The translations under genes were made by a program, and so were the position numbers. The notes under the pieces are model-generated. The model saw only the letters and a program-made list of their open reading frames with translations, was not told the origin of the DNA and ran no database searches. From an uncultured Gemmatimonadales bacterium (GTDB taxonomy: Bacteria > Gemmatimonadota > Gemmatimonadetes > Gemmatimonadales > GWC2-71-9), in contig CAVZZO010000003.1 in NCBI GenBank assembly GCA_963779755.1, positions 768,001 to 832,000 on the forward strand: a stretch of DNA of 64,000 bases, written 5' to 3'. Each line of letters opens with the position of its first letter. Within the stretch, counting starts at the first letter, position 1. Of this stretch, positions 18,841 to 30,427 are shown one piece after another.

Positions 18841-19695
18841 GTGATGCTAACATCACGATCCCCGTTGATCTGACCAATCCCGGCGAGTTCTTTGCCTGTT
18901 GCGGGGTGCTGGAACTGGCCGCTCGCCTCTGGCCGGGCGCGGAGGGATGGTTTGAGGGAAACGCTTTCTTCACGGCGACGCTTGGCGGACGGCTCGAGGC
19001 CATCACCGCGGCGCTGCAAGCCTGCGCCATCGTCAACACGATGACGCCCGCACAATCGGCCCGGCTCGAAGCGTTGTCCGCGATCTCGAAAAGGGACCGA
19101 GCAGCAGAGCCGGGGCTCGAAGACGAGAGAAGGGCTCTCCAATCGCTTCGGCGTGAACTTCCGATCGTAATCAAGGGCCCCCTTTCCTTTCTGGTCGACT
19201 GGTTCACGGACGATCTCGCCGGTGGGTCGCGTTTCAAGACTTGGGCGGGTCAACAGTCGGTGCTCGACATCGCAACGGCCATGCACGGCGGTATGAGTGA
19301 TGCCGAAGGGCTCTGGGATAGCGTTCGTCGTATCGGTCTGCCGTTCAATCTCGACTCCGACCTTGGCGGGCAGGGCTCGGCCCTCGACATCGGCTTCAGT
19401 TTTGATCCGCTGGCCGGCAGCGAAGCCACGCGAATCGAAGGCACCTGCAGGCCCGCGCTCGAACTGCTCGCGTTCATCGGGCTGCAGCGCTTCGTCTGCG
19501 CGAAGTGCCGCGTCAGAACCGATTCGTCTTCACCGCGTGGCACACGCCGCTCTCGCCTTCGGCGGCATCAGCCGTCGCGTGTGGCGCCGTGACCCTACCG
19601 AGCGATGCGCAGTACGAGTTCAAGCTCCTCTACCGAACCAAGTACCTCAAGAGTTTTCTGCCGCCATTCCCTATCATGGAGACGATGATGAGTGA
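18837..19695 (+). pseudogene. cas8g: Type I-G large subunit Cas8g (Cas8u/Csb3-type), frameshifted near 3' end
   Basis: VDLTNPGEFFACCGVLELA, FKTWAGQQ, ALDIGFSFD, LELLAFIGLQRF; continues in another frame (YEFKLLYRTKYLKSF). Confidence 0.8.
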
Positions 19696-20722
19696 TCTAA
19701 ATAGGTACGACGACTGGCTGACGAGCGACACCGCTGCCGCAATCGTCATTCGCGAACCGCTATGCCGATTAGGGCTGAACGGCGCGTTCTCCTGCGACGT
19801 TCGCTGCGGCTGAAGACAGAATGTCTTCCTGGGGATACAACTTGACCGCTGACGAGTGAAAAGAACGTCTGCTCGTCGACAGCGTGGGCTCGCAGCGAAT
19901 CAATCGACTGATCTTCGCTGCCTGAATACGCTGGCTCGTCCGCGGTGGTCATCCTGCTGGCGAGGGATCGGTGAACCTGCTCGAAGCTGATCACTGCGCT
20001 GGCGATGCGATCGTCGATGCCGGCGTTGCAAAGAGATTTCAGATGCTTCAAATCTGTGCTAAGGGGAACGCCTGGCGATGGCAAGATCGCGCTGACATCG
20101 CTCGTCTTCGGCGTCTGGGACTCCGCGACCGCGGCAACTCCCCGGCTGGTCGCTCACGATCCGCGCTTCGACGTGCAGAACTTGACTCGATCGGCGCGTT
20201 TAATCGTCGCGGATTACATCGGCTCGGGTTGCTTGAAGACCGACTGACAGAAGCTAAGAGATGCTTACGCAACGCGATTTATCCGTCCAGCCTCGGCTAC
20301 CGGTGGCGCGGTCGCTAAGGGCGGCTCCGTCGCGACGTCCCTTCAACTTGCTGCTCTCCGCCTACTGGCTGCTGGCGATGACACAACGCTCGCGCTGCGC
20401 TGCTACGTGCTGGGCTCTCGCTCGTCGCTTTGACTGCGCCCCCCACCCCTGACAAGGCTGCACCTCGTGCCGGATGTCGAGAACCCCCGCCGACACGCTC
20501 GTAAATGCCGACGGCCGCGTGCGGAATTCGCGCTCTCGCCGAGCGGCCATCGCGTTTGCCACGCTCGCCGCCAACGATTCGGCATCGGCGAATCGGATCT
20601 GTCAAGTTCGACCCGAGCTGGCAAAGAAGGACATCGCCGGCGAAGGCAATGTCACCTCGACAAAGAAGGGACTGGCGCGGGCAAAGGGCAAGGCAGCCTC
20701 TTCCGAGACCAAGTCGGAGTAG
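19685..20722 (+). pseudogene. csb1: Type I-G Cas7 (Csb1), multiply frameshifted
   Basis: Fragments in shifting frames: AAIVIREPL, VDSVGSQ, VNLLEA, SLVFGVWDS; ends AASSETKSE-stop. Confidence 0.75.
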
Positions 20723-20725
20723 CTC

Positions 20726-22266
20726 ATGAATCATCGCTCTGCATCAGCTTTCGATTCATACAGCCTTATCCGCTTTTCCACGGCCGCGGTGATGGTAACG
20801 AGCTGGAATGGCCGCCCTCGCCTCTGCGCGCGTTCCAGGCGCTTATCAACGCGGCCTGTCTTCGCACGCGTGGATGTCTCTTCTCCGGGAAGTGCGCTCG
20901 CACTTAAGGCAATCGAGCACGTGCATCCAATGGTCGTCGCACCGCAAGCCGCACTAAGCGCCTCCGGATATCGCGCTTATGTGCCACACAATCAAGGCGA
21001 TCTCGTCGCTGCCGCATGGTGCCGGGGGAACTTCGACGCCAGCATAGCCCTGCACCGGGTCGAAAAGGATCATCGCCCTCATCGTATCAAGGTGGTCGAT
21101 GAAGACCTACTGCCATTCATCACGGTACCGCTCGACGCCACTCGGTCGATCCGGGCGAACTGCTTCGGGCGATCCGGCCGCCGACCGTTCGATTTACTGT
21201 CTCGGCTGGAGCATCGATCAGGTCATCGCCGATGCCACGCTCGTCGAACAACTTCCCAGCAACTCCCGGTCGAACGCTGGACGCCGACTCGACGGGGCGG
21301 CAGACGGCTGCGCGTACATCGCATCGGCTCGCTTGACGCGCTCACGCGCGCCACCGAAGGTTCCTCTCTCACCTGGTGAGCGGCGACTGGACGACCGTTC
21401 CCCCGTTAGCTGCGATGGATCAGATCCGCACCGGCGCGTGTTGATCTCATCTCCCGCCCTCATGCCGTTTTCAAGCTGATTGACGAAAGCGATGACACCG
21501 TCACCTATCCGCGATCCAAGCTCGTCCACATCGCAGGCATGGTGAAGCACCTGGCCATCGAGACGATGAAGACGAACTCGCTGCGCGACTGCGCGGGCGG
21601 ACGCCCGATGAATGGGTCGATCCATACGTCGCCGGACACCGATCGAAAGAGAGCAAGGCCTGCGGCACCCGCACACACAGTTCTCTGACATCCCGCTGCA
21701 TCGATCGGCAATCCGAATACCGATCCAGCGTTCGGCGCGTGATGATCGTCGCGCCGGTCGGCGACGATGCCTGGCTGGAACACCTCGCAGCTCGGCTCGA
21801 CGGCGCTCTTCTCGAGCCGCTGCCTGGCACGAAGCTCCCAGCCGGCACGCGCCTGGAACGCATCGACGGCCATCGCAGGGACGGCGTGCCCGATGCGCAT
21901 CTCCGTGTGTCCGCTAGGTAGGCCACCGTCACACCGGTCATTTTTCAAGGTCACGATGATCGGAAGCTGGAGAAGACACGATCGTTGCCCTCAAAGCCAT
22001 GCAGCATTCCGGCATCGAACAACTTTGCACGTTTGAGTGGTGCGCTTTCAGCTGTTTCCGCAAAATGCTCCCCGCCCATAGATATCGAAAGGATCCGAAT
22101 GATAACGATGAAGACGCTCATTAACTACGTCCGCTCCGATCACTTGCTCGACGAGACCGTCGTCCACGTGATAGTGACTTTCGCGAACGGCCTCGAAAGC
22201 CCCGGTCCCGTCACCCTCGGCGCCGCCCGGCATTGCGGCTTCGGCCTGATGGCGGCGATTATCTAG
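20726..22266 (+). pseudogene. csb2: Type I-G Csb2 (Cas5/Cas6 fusion), multiply frameshifted
   Basis: LCISFRF...FHGR...EWPPSPLRAFQAL, YVPHN, and C-terminal HVIVTF...GPVTLGAARHCGFGLM. Confidence 0.8.
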
Positions 22267-22764
22267 TGCGAACGCTGATGACCAGCTTCCCCCTCGGTGT
22301 CGCTGCGTCTTCGGACAGACCTCCGCGGTGAAGACGCGCGGGGCGGTGATCGAGAGCTGTCGTGTGAAGTCGGATGTTCAGCGGGTGAAGCTGCGCATAA
22401 GGGCCGGCCTGTACACCCGCCCGTCCGGTCTAACCGCCCCGCGCAGGCTGCCGCCCGCGGGCGAGGCGTCGCCGACTTCCCCCCCTGCCCTCCCGCCGGG
22501 AACGCACTGTTGCCACGGCATCCGTCTGATCGGCACGGTCGCCGGGCTCGTCTCCGGTGCCGCTGCCATGCGGCTCTACCCGCCGCGCTGAGAGGACACC
22601 TGCTCTTCGCCGCCGAGTTCACGCTCCGCCGCCGGGCTCTGCACAAACCGCTCGCTCAGGGGCTCGTTCCTGAGCCAGGCGCTCGCCCGACAGCATCGGG
22701 ATCTGCCCGCCATCACCCCGGAACAGGACGCTACCGTTACGGCTGACCGCTTCCACGCCGCCGA

Positions 22765-23540
22765 GTGGCGGATGCCGCCCTTGACGACCACTGGATCGGC
22801 GAACTGCTCTGGCGCTATCCAGGCGGGCGGCGGCCTCGCGTCCAGATCCATCGCCGCGCTCGCCCGCGCGGAGCAGCTGCACCAGAACCTGCTGGACGAG
22901 ATGATCGGCCTGCGGCCCGCCACGGCAGTGCGCGGAGCCACGGGCCGCCGGTCTGGAACGGCGCATCGCCGCGCTGGAAAGGCTGATCCGCGACGCTGTC
23001 GGCTTTCGCCAGAGCGAAGGGGAAGGGGCCGAAGGGGCGAGGCCAGAATCCGGGGAGATAGAGGAAGCGGTGCGTGAGAGCGAGGCCGGGGCGAGCCTCG
23101 CCGCGGTGGTGCGGCGGGCGGCGGTTGCCGACGATGACGCCCTGCTGATTCTGGACGATGCCCTCACCGCTGCCGAGGAGAGCCCGTACGAGGATGCGGA
23201 GCGGTGGCTGCCGTCCTGGATGCGATGGCCCTGGTGGCCCGCCGTCGCCAGGCCGGCAGCCTGGGAACCTCGCTACGGGAAGCGTTTCGCGAGCTGGGGC
23301 TGGAATACCAGGGCGGCATCTCGGCCAACACACCGGCGCGGTTGCGGAGCAGTACGTCATTCGCCTCGGAGGCGAGGTACTGGAGGCCACGGAACATGTC
23401 GTCCTGGGCACCAGCTACGACCCGCACCATTGCCTGCGGATCTATTTCACATCCCGCGCACCGGCGGAGCCTGGTTCGTGATCTCCTATGTGGGGCGGCA
23501 TCGGGAGGTCATGACGACGAGCCGAGATCTGCAGTCCCGG
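22765..23540 (+). pseudogene. Frameshifted hypothetical protein with RelE/ParE-like C-terminal segment
   Basis: Joined frames give ...ALTAAEESPYED...AFRELGLEYQGGIS...EHVVLGTSYDPHHCLRIYF...FVISYVGRH; boundaries approximate. Confidence 0.45.
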
Positions 23541-23863
23541 AGATGGCCCGGCTGCGATTCGGGTACGAGCGGCCGGCACCAGCCGGTCAACCCGCTCCTG
23601 GACCCTGCTATCCACAGTGACGACGACTTTCGCCTCAGGCATATCTACCTTCGGGTAGGATAATACATCCTGCCTCGATTGACCCGCAGGATCAGATCGG
23701 AAGTGCGCCCAGGTTGGCGCAGCCAGGGAGACCCTGGTCCAGGGCCGCGTCTACATCCGCGCGGAATCGTGCCGCACCAATCCCTGGAGCGGTGCGGGCC
23801 GTCTCCGCGATAATCGCCCGAGGCACGAAGCGCAGTCATGTTGCGTCGGAGCCCTGGTGGCAA

Positions 23864-24271
23864 CTACAGCCCTGCCGCCCCCCTCATCCGCTGGTCCGCC
23901 GTCAGCAGCTCCACATCACCGAGCCGCCGCCGAGCGGTGAGCCAGGTGGCGAGATGCAGCGCGTCGAGTGTGCGCAGGGACTTGTCGGGCGCCAGCGTGG
24001 CGGCCAGGTCGCACACCGCCGCTGTCAGCTCCCACACCTCGCATCGGGCGAAGAGAGCATCCAGATCCCGGCCGGCCTCCGCCAGGGCAGCTTCCGGCGC
24101 CGTACCCTCGCGCCGCAACCGCAGGAGCGCGCGCGCCGCTTCCACCAGGACCAGACGCGAGACGATCAGGGCATCGGCAGCCCTGACCCTGTCGGTAAAA
24201 TCGGACCGTGCCCCCTGTTCCAGTACGGCCTGGAGGATGGCCGAGGTGTCGAGGTAGAGCGGTGGCGCCAC
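23864..24271 (-). CDS. vapC: PIN-domain (VapC) toxin
   Basis: LYLDTSA...E...LRTLDALHLAT...LTADQRM; GTG start just after the antitoxin stop. Confidence 0.9.
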   Translation of the reverse strand: MAPPLYLDTSAILQAVLEQGARSDFTDRVRAADALIVSRLVLVEAARALLRLRREGTAPEAALAEAGRDLDALFARCEVWELTAAVCDLAATLAPDKSLRTLDALHLATWLTARRRLGDVELLTADQRMRGAAGL

Positions 24272-24275
24272 GAAG

Positions 24276-24587
24276 TTACCGCCCGCCGCCACGGTCCGAG
24301 CGCAGATCATCCAGCAATGCGCCCGCAGTGCCCGGAGGAAGCCGAAGCCCACGCGGGTGCCAGGACCAGCCGGCCTTGCCCAGCCGCGCCCGGGTCACCT
24401 CCCCTGCAGCAGCCAGGTTGTCGAGCGCCTGGTCGGGCCCCTCACGCGGCGCGGGACGCGGCACCGGAGGCCGCAGCTCGGCCACCACCTGGTCCCGGTC
24501 GGTCACCAGGAAGGTTGCTCCCTGTCGCACGGCGCGCAGGTATTCGGACAACCGCGACTTCAGTTGGCGCACTCCGACGACTCGCAT
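24276..24587 (-). CDS. Phd/YefM-family antitoxin
   Basis: MRVVGVRQLKSRLSEYLRAVRQGATFLVTDRDQVVAEL. Confidence 0.9.
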   Translation of the reverse strand: MRVVGVRQLKSRLSEYLRAVRQGATFLVTDRDQVVAELRPPVPRPAPREGPDQALDNLAAAGEVTRARLGKAGWSWHPRGLRLPPGTAGALLDDLRSDRGGGR

Positions 24588-24594
24588 GCGATGA

Positions 24595-24612
24595 ATGTAG
24601 TCACATGTAGTC
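24595..24612 (-). promoter_or_regulatory. Probable antitoxin autoregulatory operator
   Basis: Direct repeat ATGTAGTC-ac-ATGTAGTC directly upstream of the antitoxin start. Confidence 0.45.
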
Positions 24613-24711
24613 CTGAATGCAACCGCCCCGGGATGCCACGCGGTCCTGGGGGAACGGCCCGGGCGGCCCGATTCCTGCATTTCCTGACCATCCCGTCACC
24701 CGGGAACTCCT

Positions 24712-26391
24712 ATGACTGCCCCGACCGATTCGGCCCTCCCGGACCTCATCCCGGCCAGGATGGTCAACGAATTCGTGTATTGCCCCCGACTGGCCTACCT
24801 CGAGTGGGTGCAGGGCGAATGGGACGATAATGCCGACACGGTCCACGGGAAGTTCGTGCACCGGCGGGTGGACCAGGAACCGGCCAGCGATGTGCCAGCT
24901 CCCGAGCAGGCGGAGGCCGCGGAGATCATCACCCGCTCCGTCATGCTCTCTTCCGAAGAGCTGGGCGCCATTGCGCGGGTCGATTTGCTGGAACTGGAGG
25001 GGAAGCAGGCGGTTCCGGTGGACTACAAGCGGGGGCCGCTGCCGCCGAACGGGCGCCCGCCCTACGATCCCGAGCGGGTCCAGCTCTGCCTCCAGGGTCT
25101 TCTGCTGCGGGGCGCAGGCTATGAATGCCCCTTCGGCATCCTCTATTTCAGCGCCTCGAAGACCCGGGTGGAAGTGCCCTTTGACGACGAACTGGTAGCC
25201 TTGACGCTGGAGTCATTGGCGGGAATCCGGGGCATGGCACAATCTTCCCGCCTCCCTCCGCCCCTGGTAGACAGCCCCAAGTGCGTGCGCTGCTCGCTCG
25301 CGGGTATCTGTCTGCCGGATGAAATCAACCGGCTCACCCATCCGGACATTCCCACCCCGCCGCGGCAGCTAATGCCGGCGCTGGAAGAGCGGCAGGCGCT
25401 GTATGTGCAGGAACAGGGATCCCGGGTAGGCAAGGACGGCGAGCGGCTGGTGATACGCTCCCGGGAAGGACCCGAACAGAAGGTCCGCCTGCCGAATCTT
25501 TCTCAGGTGGTCCTGCTGGGGAATGTGCAGGTCAGCACCCAGGTGGTCCAGACGCTGTGTGAACGGGAGATTCCGCTCATCTATGCCAGCCGGAACGGCT
25601 GGTTCTACGGCATGGCACGCGGGTTCGACCACAAGCATATCGAGCTGCGCATCCGGCAGCACCGTCTTATCGAAGCCGGCGCCGCGCTCCCCATCGCGCG
25701 GGCTATCGTGAGCGGCAAGATCCAGAATCAGCGCACCCTGCTCCGCCGCAACCTGGAGGAACGGGATTCCAGGCTGCTGGGAAGATTGGCACTCTACGCC
25801 CGCCAGGCCCGGCATACGGAGGCGGCCGAGTCGCTGCTGGGCGTCGAAGGCATCGCGGGGCAGCTCTACTTCGGGGCCTTTCCCCGCCTCTTCCGCGGCG
25901 CCGGCGCCTGGGCGGGGGAGGTCTTCGCCGCCGAGGGTCGCAACCGCCGTCCGCCCCGGGATGAAGTCAATGCGGTGCTGTCGTTTCTCTATTCCATGCT
26001 GACGAAGGAATGTCATCTCGCCGCCCATGCGGTCGGCTTCGAGCCCTACCGCGGGTTTTATCACAGCCCCAAGTACGGACGGCCGGCCCTGGCACTCGAT
26101 CTGTGCGAGGAATTCCGCCCGCTCATCGCCGACTCGGTCTGTCTCACCCTGTTCAACCAGGGGGAGTTGGGGCGGAGCGATTTTGTCCGGCGCGCGCGGG
26201 GGGTGGCGCTCACCGCGCCGGGGAGGCGCACCGTGCTGGCGGGGTTCGAGCGCCGGATGAACCAGACGGTGAGCCACCCCGTCTTCGGGTACAGCCTCAG
26301 CTATCGCCGGACGATCGAACTGCAGGCTCGGCTGCTGCGGGCTGTGGTGCAGGAGGAAGTGCCCCGCTACCGGCCGTTCACCACCCGATGA
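24712..26391 (+). CDS. cas4/cas1: Cas4-Cas1 fusion (type I-G)
   Basis: N-terminal Cas4 (YCPR, VD...VDYKRG, PKCVRCSLAGICLP) fused to Cas1 (LLGVEG, NAVLSFLY, GFYH, ALDLCEEFRP). Confidence 0.96.
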   Translation: MTAPTDSALPDLIPARMVNEFVYCPRLAYLEWVQGEWDDNADTVHGKFVHRRVDQEPASDVPAPEQAEAAEIITRSVMLSSEELGAIARVDLLELEGKQAVPVDYKRGPLPPNGRPPYDPERVQLCLQGLLLRGAGYECPFGILYFSASKTRVEVPFDDELVALTLESLAGIRGMAQSSRLPPPLVDSPKCVRCSLAGICLPDEINRLTHPDIPTPPRQLMPALEERQALYVQEQGSRVGKDGERLVIRSREGPEQKVRLPNLSQVVLLGNVQVSTQVVQTLCEREIPLIYASRNGWFYGMARGFDHKHIELRIRQHRLIEAGAALPIARAIVSGKIQNQRTLLRRNLEERDSRLLGRLALYARQARHTEAAESLLGVEGIAGQLYFGAFPRLFRGAGAWAGEVFAAEGRNRRPPRDEVNAVLSFLYSMLTKECHLAAHAVGFEPYRGFYHSPKYGRPALALDLCEEFRPLIADSVCLTLFNQGELGRSDFVRRARGVALTAPGRRTVLAGFERRMNQTVSHPVFGYSLSYRRTIELQARLLRAVVQEEVPRYRPFTTR

Positions 26392-26696
26392 AGAGCACCC
26401 GGCGCCGGCGCTACCTGGTGGCCTATGACGTGAGCCATCCCAAACGGCTGCGGCTGGTGTACCGCAAGATGCTGGGGTATGGGCATCCGCTGCAGTATTC
26501 GGTCTTTCAGTGCGACCTGTCGGCGGTGGAGAAGCTCAAACTGATCGCGGAGACCGGGAGCATTATCAATCACGTGGAGGACCGAATCCTGATCGTGGAC
26601 GTGGGGCCGGTACGGGGCCGCGGCGGAGTCGCGTTCGAGTATATTGGGAGGCAGGATGCGGCGGCAGATGACGATGGGGACGCGGTTATCGTCTGA
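26388..26696 (+). CDS. cas2: Cas2
   Basis: RYLVAYDV...YGHPLQYSVFQC; ATGA overlap with cas1. Confidence 0.95.
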   Translation: MKSTRRRRYLVAYDVSHPKRLRLVYRKMLGYGHPLQYSVFQCDLSAVEKLKLIAETGSIINHVEDRILIVDVGPVRGRGGVAFEYIGRQDAAADDDGDAVIV

Positions 26697-26883
26697 GCAG
26701 GTCCGGCGAGCAGCTGGGTGGTGCGGGCGCCCGGGTGGCCGCTCGACCTGGCCTAATGCGATGAGAACGGTCATCTTAGCGAAGGAGTCAGCCGTGGGTC
26801 GCGACGGTTGGAGGGCCGCCGAAGCAGGGTGTTCGCAATCTGGCTTGCAAGTAGCTGGTATCCGGAGGGTTAGACCACGCGGC
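26697..26883 (+). promoter_or_regulatory. CRISPR leader
   Basis: Non-coding region between cas2 and the first repeat. Confidence 0.7.
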
Positions 26884-29800
26884 ATTTCCGCGGCTCATTC
26901 GCCGCGGCCCCATTGAAGCGATCGTCGCTGGCCCAGTGCGGCTATCCGCAGTTGACGCCGATAGCATGCCAGTCCGATTTCCGCGGCTCATTCGCCGCGG
27001 CCCCATTGAAGCCGGCCGGGATCTGCGGCGGCTCGCCATCGTGTCGGTATTTCCGCGGCTCATTCGCCGCGGCCCCATTGAAGCAGGGTGCGACGTGCCT
27101 CGGATTTCCGCGGCTCATTCGCCGCGGCCCGATGAAGCAGTATGAGTCCACTGCCAGCATTTCCGCGGCTCATTCGCCGCGGCCCCATTGAAGCGCAGCT
27201 TTCGCCGAGGTATTTCCGCGGCTCATTCGCCGCGGCCCCATTGAAGCGTATCCGGCAAGCCAGTACATTTCCGCGGCTCATTCGCCGCGGCCCCATTGAA
27301 GCCGCGCAACGTACGCCTGCTCGCCTCGAATCTTCTCCGCGTCATTTCCGCGGCTCATTCGCCGCGGCCCCATTGAAGCATGCGGCCGCCGCTTCTGCGA
27401 GCATGTAGCCGAGAGGCCTCCATTTCCGCGGCTCATTCGCCGCGGCCCCATTGAAGCGTGGGCGACCGCAGCGTGGGCAAGGATGGGAAGCGTCCGGATT
27501 TCCGCGGCTCATTCGCCGCGGCCCCATTGAAGCAACCACGGCTGGGATCACGCCCTGAATATCGGCGGCGACATTTCCGCGGCTCATTCGCCGCGGCCCC
27601 ATTGAAGCGTCGTTGAGATGACACCAGATGAGCGCCGGCTCCGGCATTTCCGCGGCTCATTCGCCGCGGCCCCATTGAAGCTCGGTCATGCGGAACACCA
27701 ACCGACGCGCCGGCATATCATTTCCGCGGCTCATTCGCCGCGGCCCCATTGAAGCGTCCAGACGCCATCCTCACTCCCGACAACTACGCTTGATTTCCGC
27801 GGCTCATTCGCCGCGGCCCCATTGAAGCCGATGGTTTCATCGGAGGGATCCGTCCGCTCCTTGAATTTCCGCGGCTCATTCGCCGCGGCCCCATTGAAGC
27901 GCGTCCGCGTTCATTTGGGTGAATTCCACGAACATGATTTCCGCGGCTCATTCGCCGCGGCCCCATTGAAGCGGCCCGAACGCGCACCTGCCGCCGGCCG
28001 AGCGCCCGTTATTTCCGCGGCTCATTCGCCGCGGCCCCATTGAAGCGGCCTTTTCGGTCGCCGCGTGAGTCCGGGTCGTCTCATTTCCGCGGCTCATTCG
28101 CCGCGGCCCCATTGAAGCGTTCTCGGACCCGGCTTCTCGCTGCGCGTCTGGCACATTTCCGCGGCTCATTCGCCGCGGCCCCATTGAAGCGCCGGGTAGA
28201 TGCGCAGGTAAATGGTGTTCCCGACGATCCCATTTCCGCGGCTCATTCGCCGCGGCCCCATTGAAGCATCCCCGGCAACGGGCCGAAACAGCGGCCGCGG
28301 GTGCATTTCCGCGGCTCATTCGCCGCGGCCCCATTGAAGCGGCCGACTGGATGTCGTTGAGCGGATCGACCCAGGGCCATTTCCGCGGCTCATTCGCCGC
28401 GGCCCCATTGAAGCTTCAGGCTGACGTAGGAGAACTGGCCCGCTACAGCTATTTCCGCGGCTCATTCGCCGCGGCCCCATTGAAGCTCGGTGGCCGCCGG
28501 CCAGCGGATCGTGCGGGTGCGCATTTCCGCGGCTCATTCGCCGCGGCCCCATTGAAGCTGCCCGAAACTTCGCCCCGAAACGCGGCATAACTCGGTTATT
28601 TCCGCGGCTCATTCGCCGCGGCCCCATTGAAGCCTACATGGCGGGCGGTGGCCTGTTCTCCAGCATCGGATTTCCGCGGCTCATTCGCCGCGGCCCCATT
28701 GAAGCCCGTGGGATTCTGCCAGTACGACGCGGCTGGCGTCAATTTCCGCGGCTCATTCGCCGCGGCCCCATTGAAGCGCGCTGGACGGCCTACTCAGTGC
28801 GACTCAATTACGAAATTTCCGCGGCTCATTCGCCGCGGCCCCATTGAAGCGCGGCCGCCGGGCCAATAGGCATCGACCTCAGCCGGGATTTCCGCGGCTC
28901 ATTCGCCGCGGCCCCATTGAAGCTCAGTTGACTGCAGAGCATCCATGTCCATCGACGTCGATTTCCGCGGCTCATTCGCCGCGGCCCCATTGAAGCAATC
29001 TAGTACAGATCAGACCACGCCATATACGCTGAATTTCCGCGGCTCATTCGCCGCGGCCCCATTGAAGCCGCCTTTCGGCGGTGATTCGTCTTGCGGACCC
29101 CACGCTTATCGCGCCGATTTCCGCGGCTCATTCGCCGCGGCCCCATTGAAGCGAGGGCCGGCGACGTCGACCACCGCAAAGGCGCGCTATTTCCGCGGCT
29201 CATTCGCCGCGGCCCCATTGAAGCCGATTTTTCACCCTCGCACACGTGAGGCATGCCCGACATTTCCGCGGCTCATTCGCCGCGGCCCCATTGAAGCAGG
29301 CCGAGCCCGGACTCGCCGTCCCCGACCTCGCCATTTCCGCGGCTCATTCGCCGCGGCCCCATTGAAGCGGCCTCGGCTGTGCGATACTTCTCGCCGAGCG
29401 GCGCATTTCCGCGGCTCATTCGCCGCGGCCCCATTGAAGCTTGACGCCGGGGTCGGCGTGCGCGTCCGTGCAGGCCATTTCCGCGGCTCATTCGCCGCGG
29501 CCCCATTGAAGCCAGATGCCAGCGGGCGACACCGGCCGCCATGATCGCGTCATTTCCGCGGCTCATTCGCCGCGGCCCCATTGAAGCAACACCCGACTGG
29601 CGGAAGCGCGCGCTGAGACTCATTTCCGCGGCTCATTCGCCGCGGCCCCATTGAAGCGCGTAGATTGTCACGGTGTGATACGTGTTGCCGTATTTCCGCG
29701 GCTCATTCGCCGCGGCCCCATTGAAGCATGGTCTGAATCCTCTCCCGTAATCTACCGCCCCGTCATTTCCGCGGCTCATTCGCCGCGGCCCCATTGAAGC

Positions 29801-30147
29801 AAGGGGACCGGCGGCAGCCCGGGCGGGCCACACAACATTTCCGCGGCTCATTCGCCGCGGCCCCATTGAAGCGCTGCGGAGAGAGGCCATGTCCACGATG
29901 CCGTCTGGATTTCCGCGGCTCATTCGCCGCGGCCCCATTGAAGCAGGGGTAACTCGCAGACGAAGGCCCGCGGGCCAAGTAATTTCCGCGGCTCATTCGC
30001 CGCGGCCCCATTGAAGCACCCGATACGATGTCCAGGGAGATTACAACCTGTACATTTCCGCGGCTCATTCGCCGCGGCCCCATTGAAGCGTGGGCTTGTG
30101 GTTTACAGCATTATAGTTTGGGTAATTTCCGCGGCTCATTCGCCGCG
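26884..30147 (+). CRISPR. CRISPR array, 36-nt repeat ATTTCCGCGGCTCATTCGCCGCGGCCCCATTGAAGC, 46 repeats / 45 spacers
   Basis: Manual count; repeat contains a CCGCGGC..GCCGCGG stem and ends ATTGAAGC; most spacers 34-42 nt, exceptions 57, 19, 20, 17, 19 and 48 nt; repeat 4 is a variant; last repeat truncated to 23 nt. Confidence 0.98.
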
Positions 30148-30274
30148 AATGAGCCAAAGAGGATCATCCCGGAGTTTGACCAGGAGCGAAACGGCCTTCG
30201 CATGCACCAGCGGCAGGCCGGCCTCCTCGAGCATCAAGGGCGCCAGCTCGCTGCGCGGTGAGCCAGGGCCTGGA

Positions 30275-30427
30275 TCTGGTCCGCCGGTCGAGGTGCTGGC
30301 GCGCTACGAGGACTGGCTCACCCTGAGCCGGCTGGAAGCGGAGCGGGGCAAGGCGCAGGGCCGGCCGCGGGTGAAGCTGACCAGCGTGGAGGAGGTGCTA
30401 AGGGCACTGAAGAGGGGGCCGGGGTAA
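30275..30427 (+). pseudogene. fprA: Internally deleted remnant of fprA 3' region
   Basis: 30275-30301 matches 14262-14289 (PVEVLA), then jumps to match 14715 onward (RYEDWLTLSRLEAERG...EEVL). Confidence 0.85.

Noticed and set aside
26929..26940. Spacer 1 shares GGCCCAGTGCG with about 57499, and spacer 6 shares GTATCCGG with the leader
   Set aside because: Matches of 8-11 nt are expected by chance; no convincing self-target seen in the window, though I could not search exhaustively
26788..30261. Many short ORFs with repeated MGPRRMSRGN / FRGSFAAAPLK peptides
   Set aside because: Translations of the CRISPR repeat, not genes
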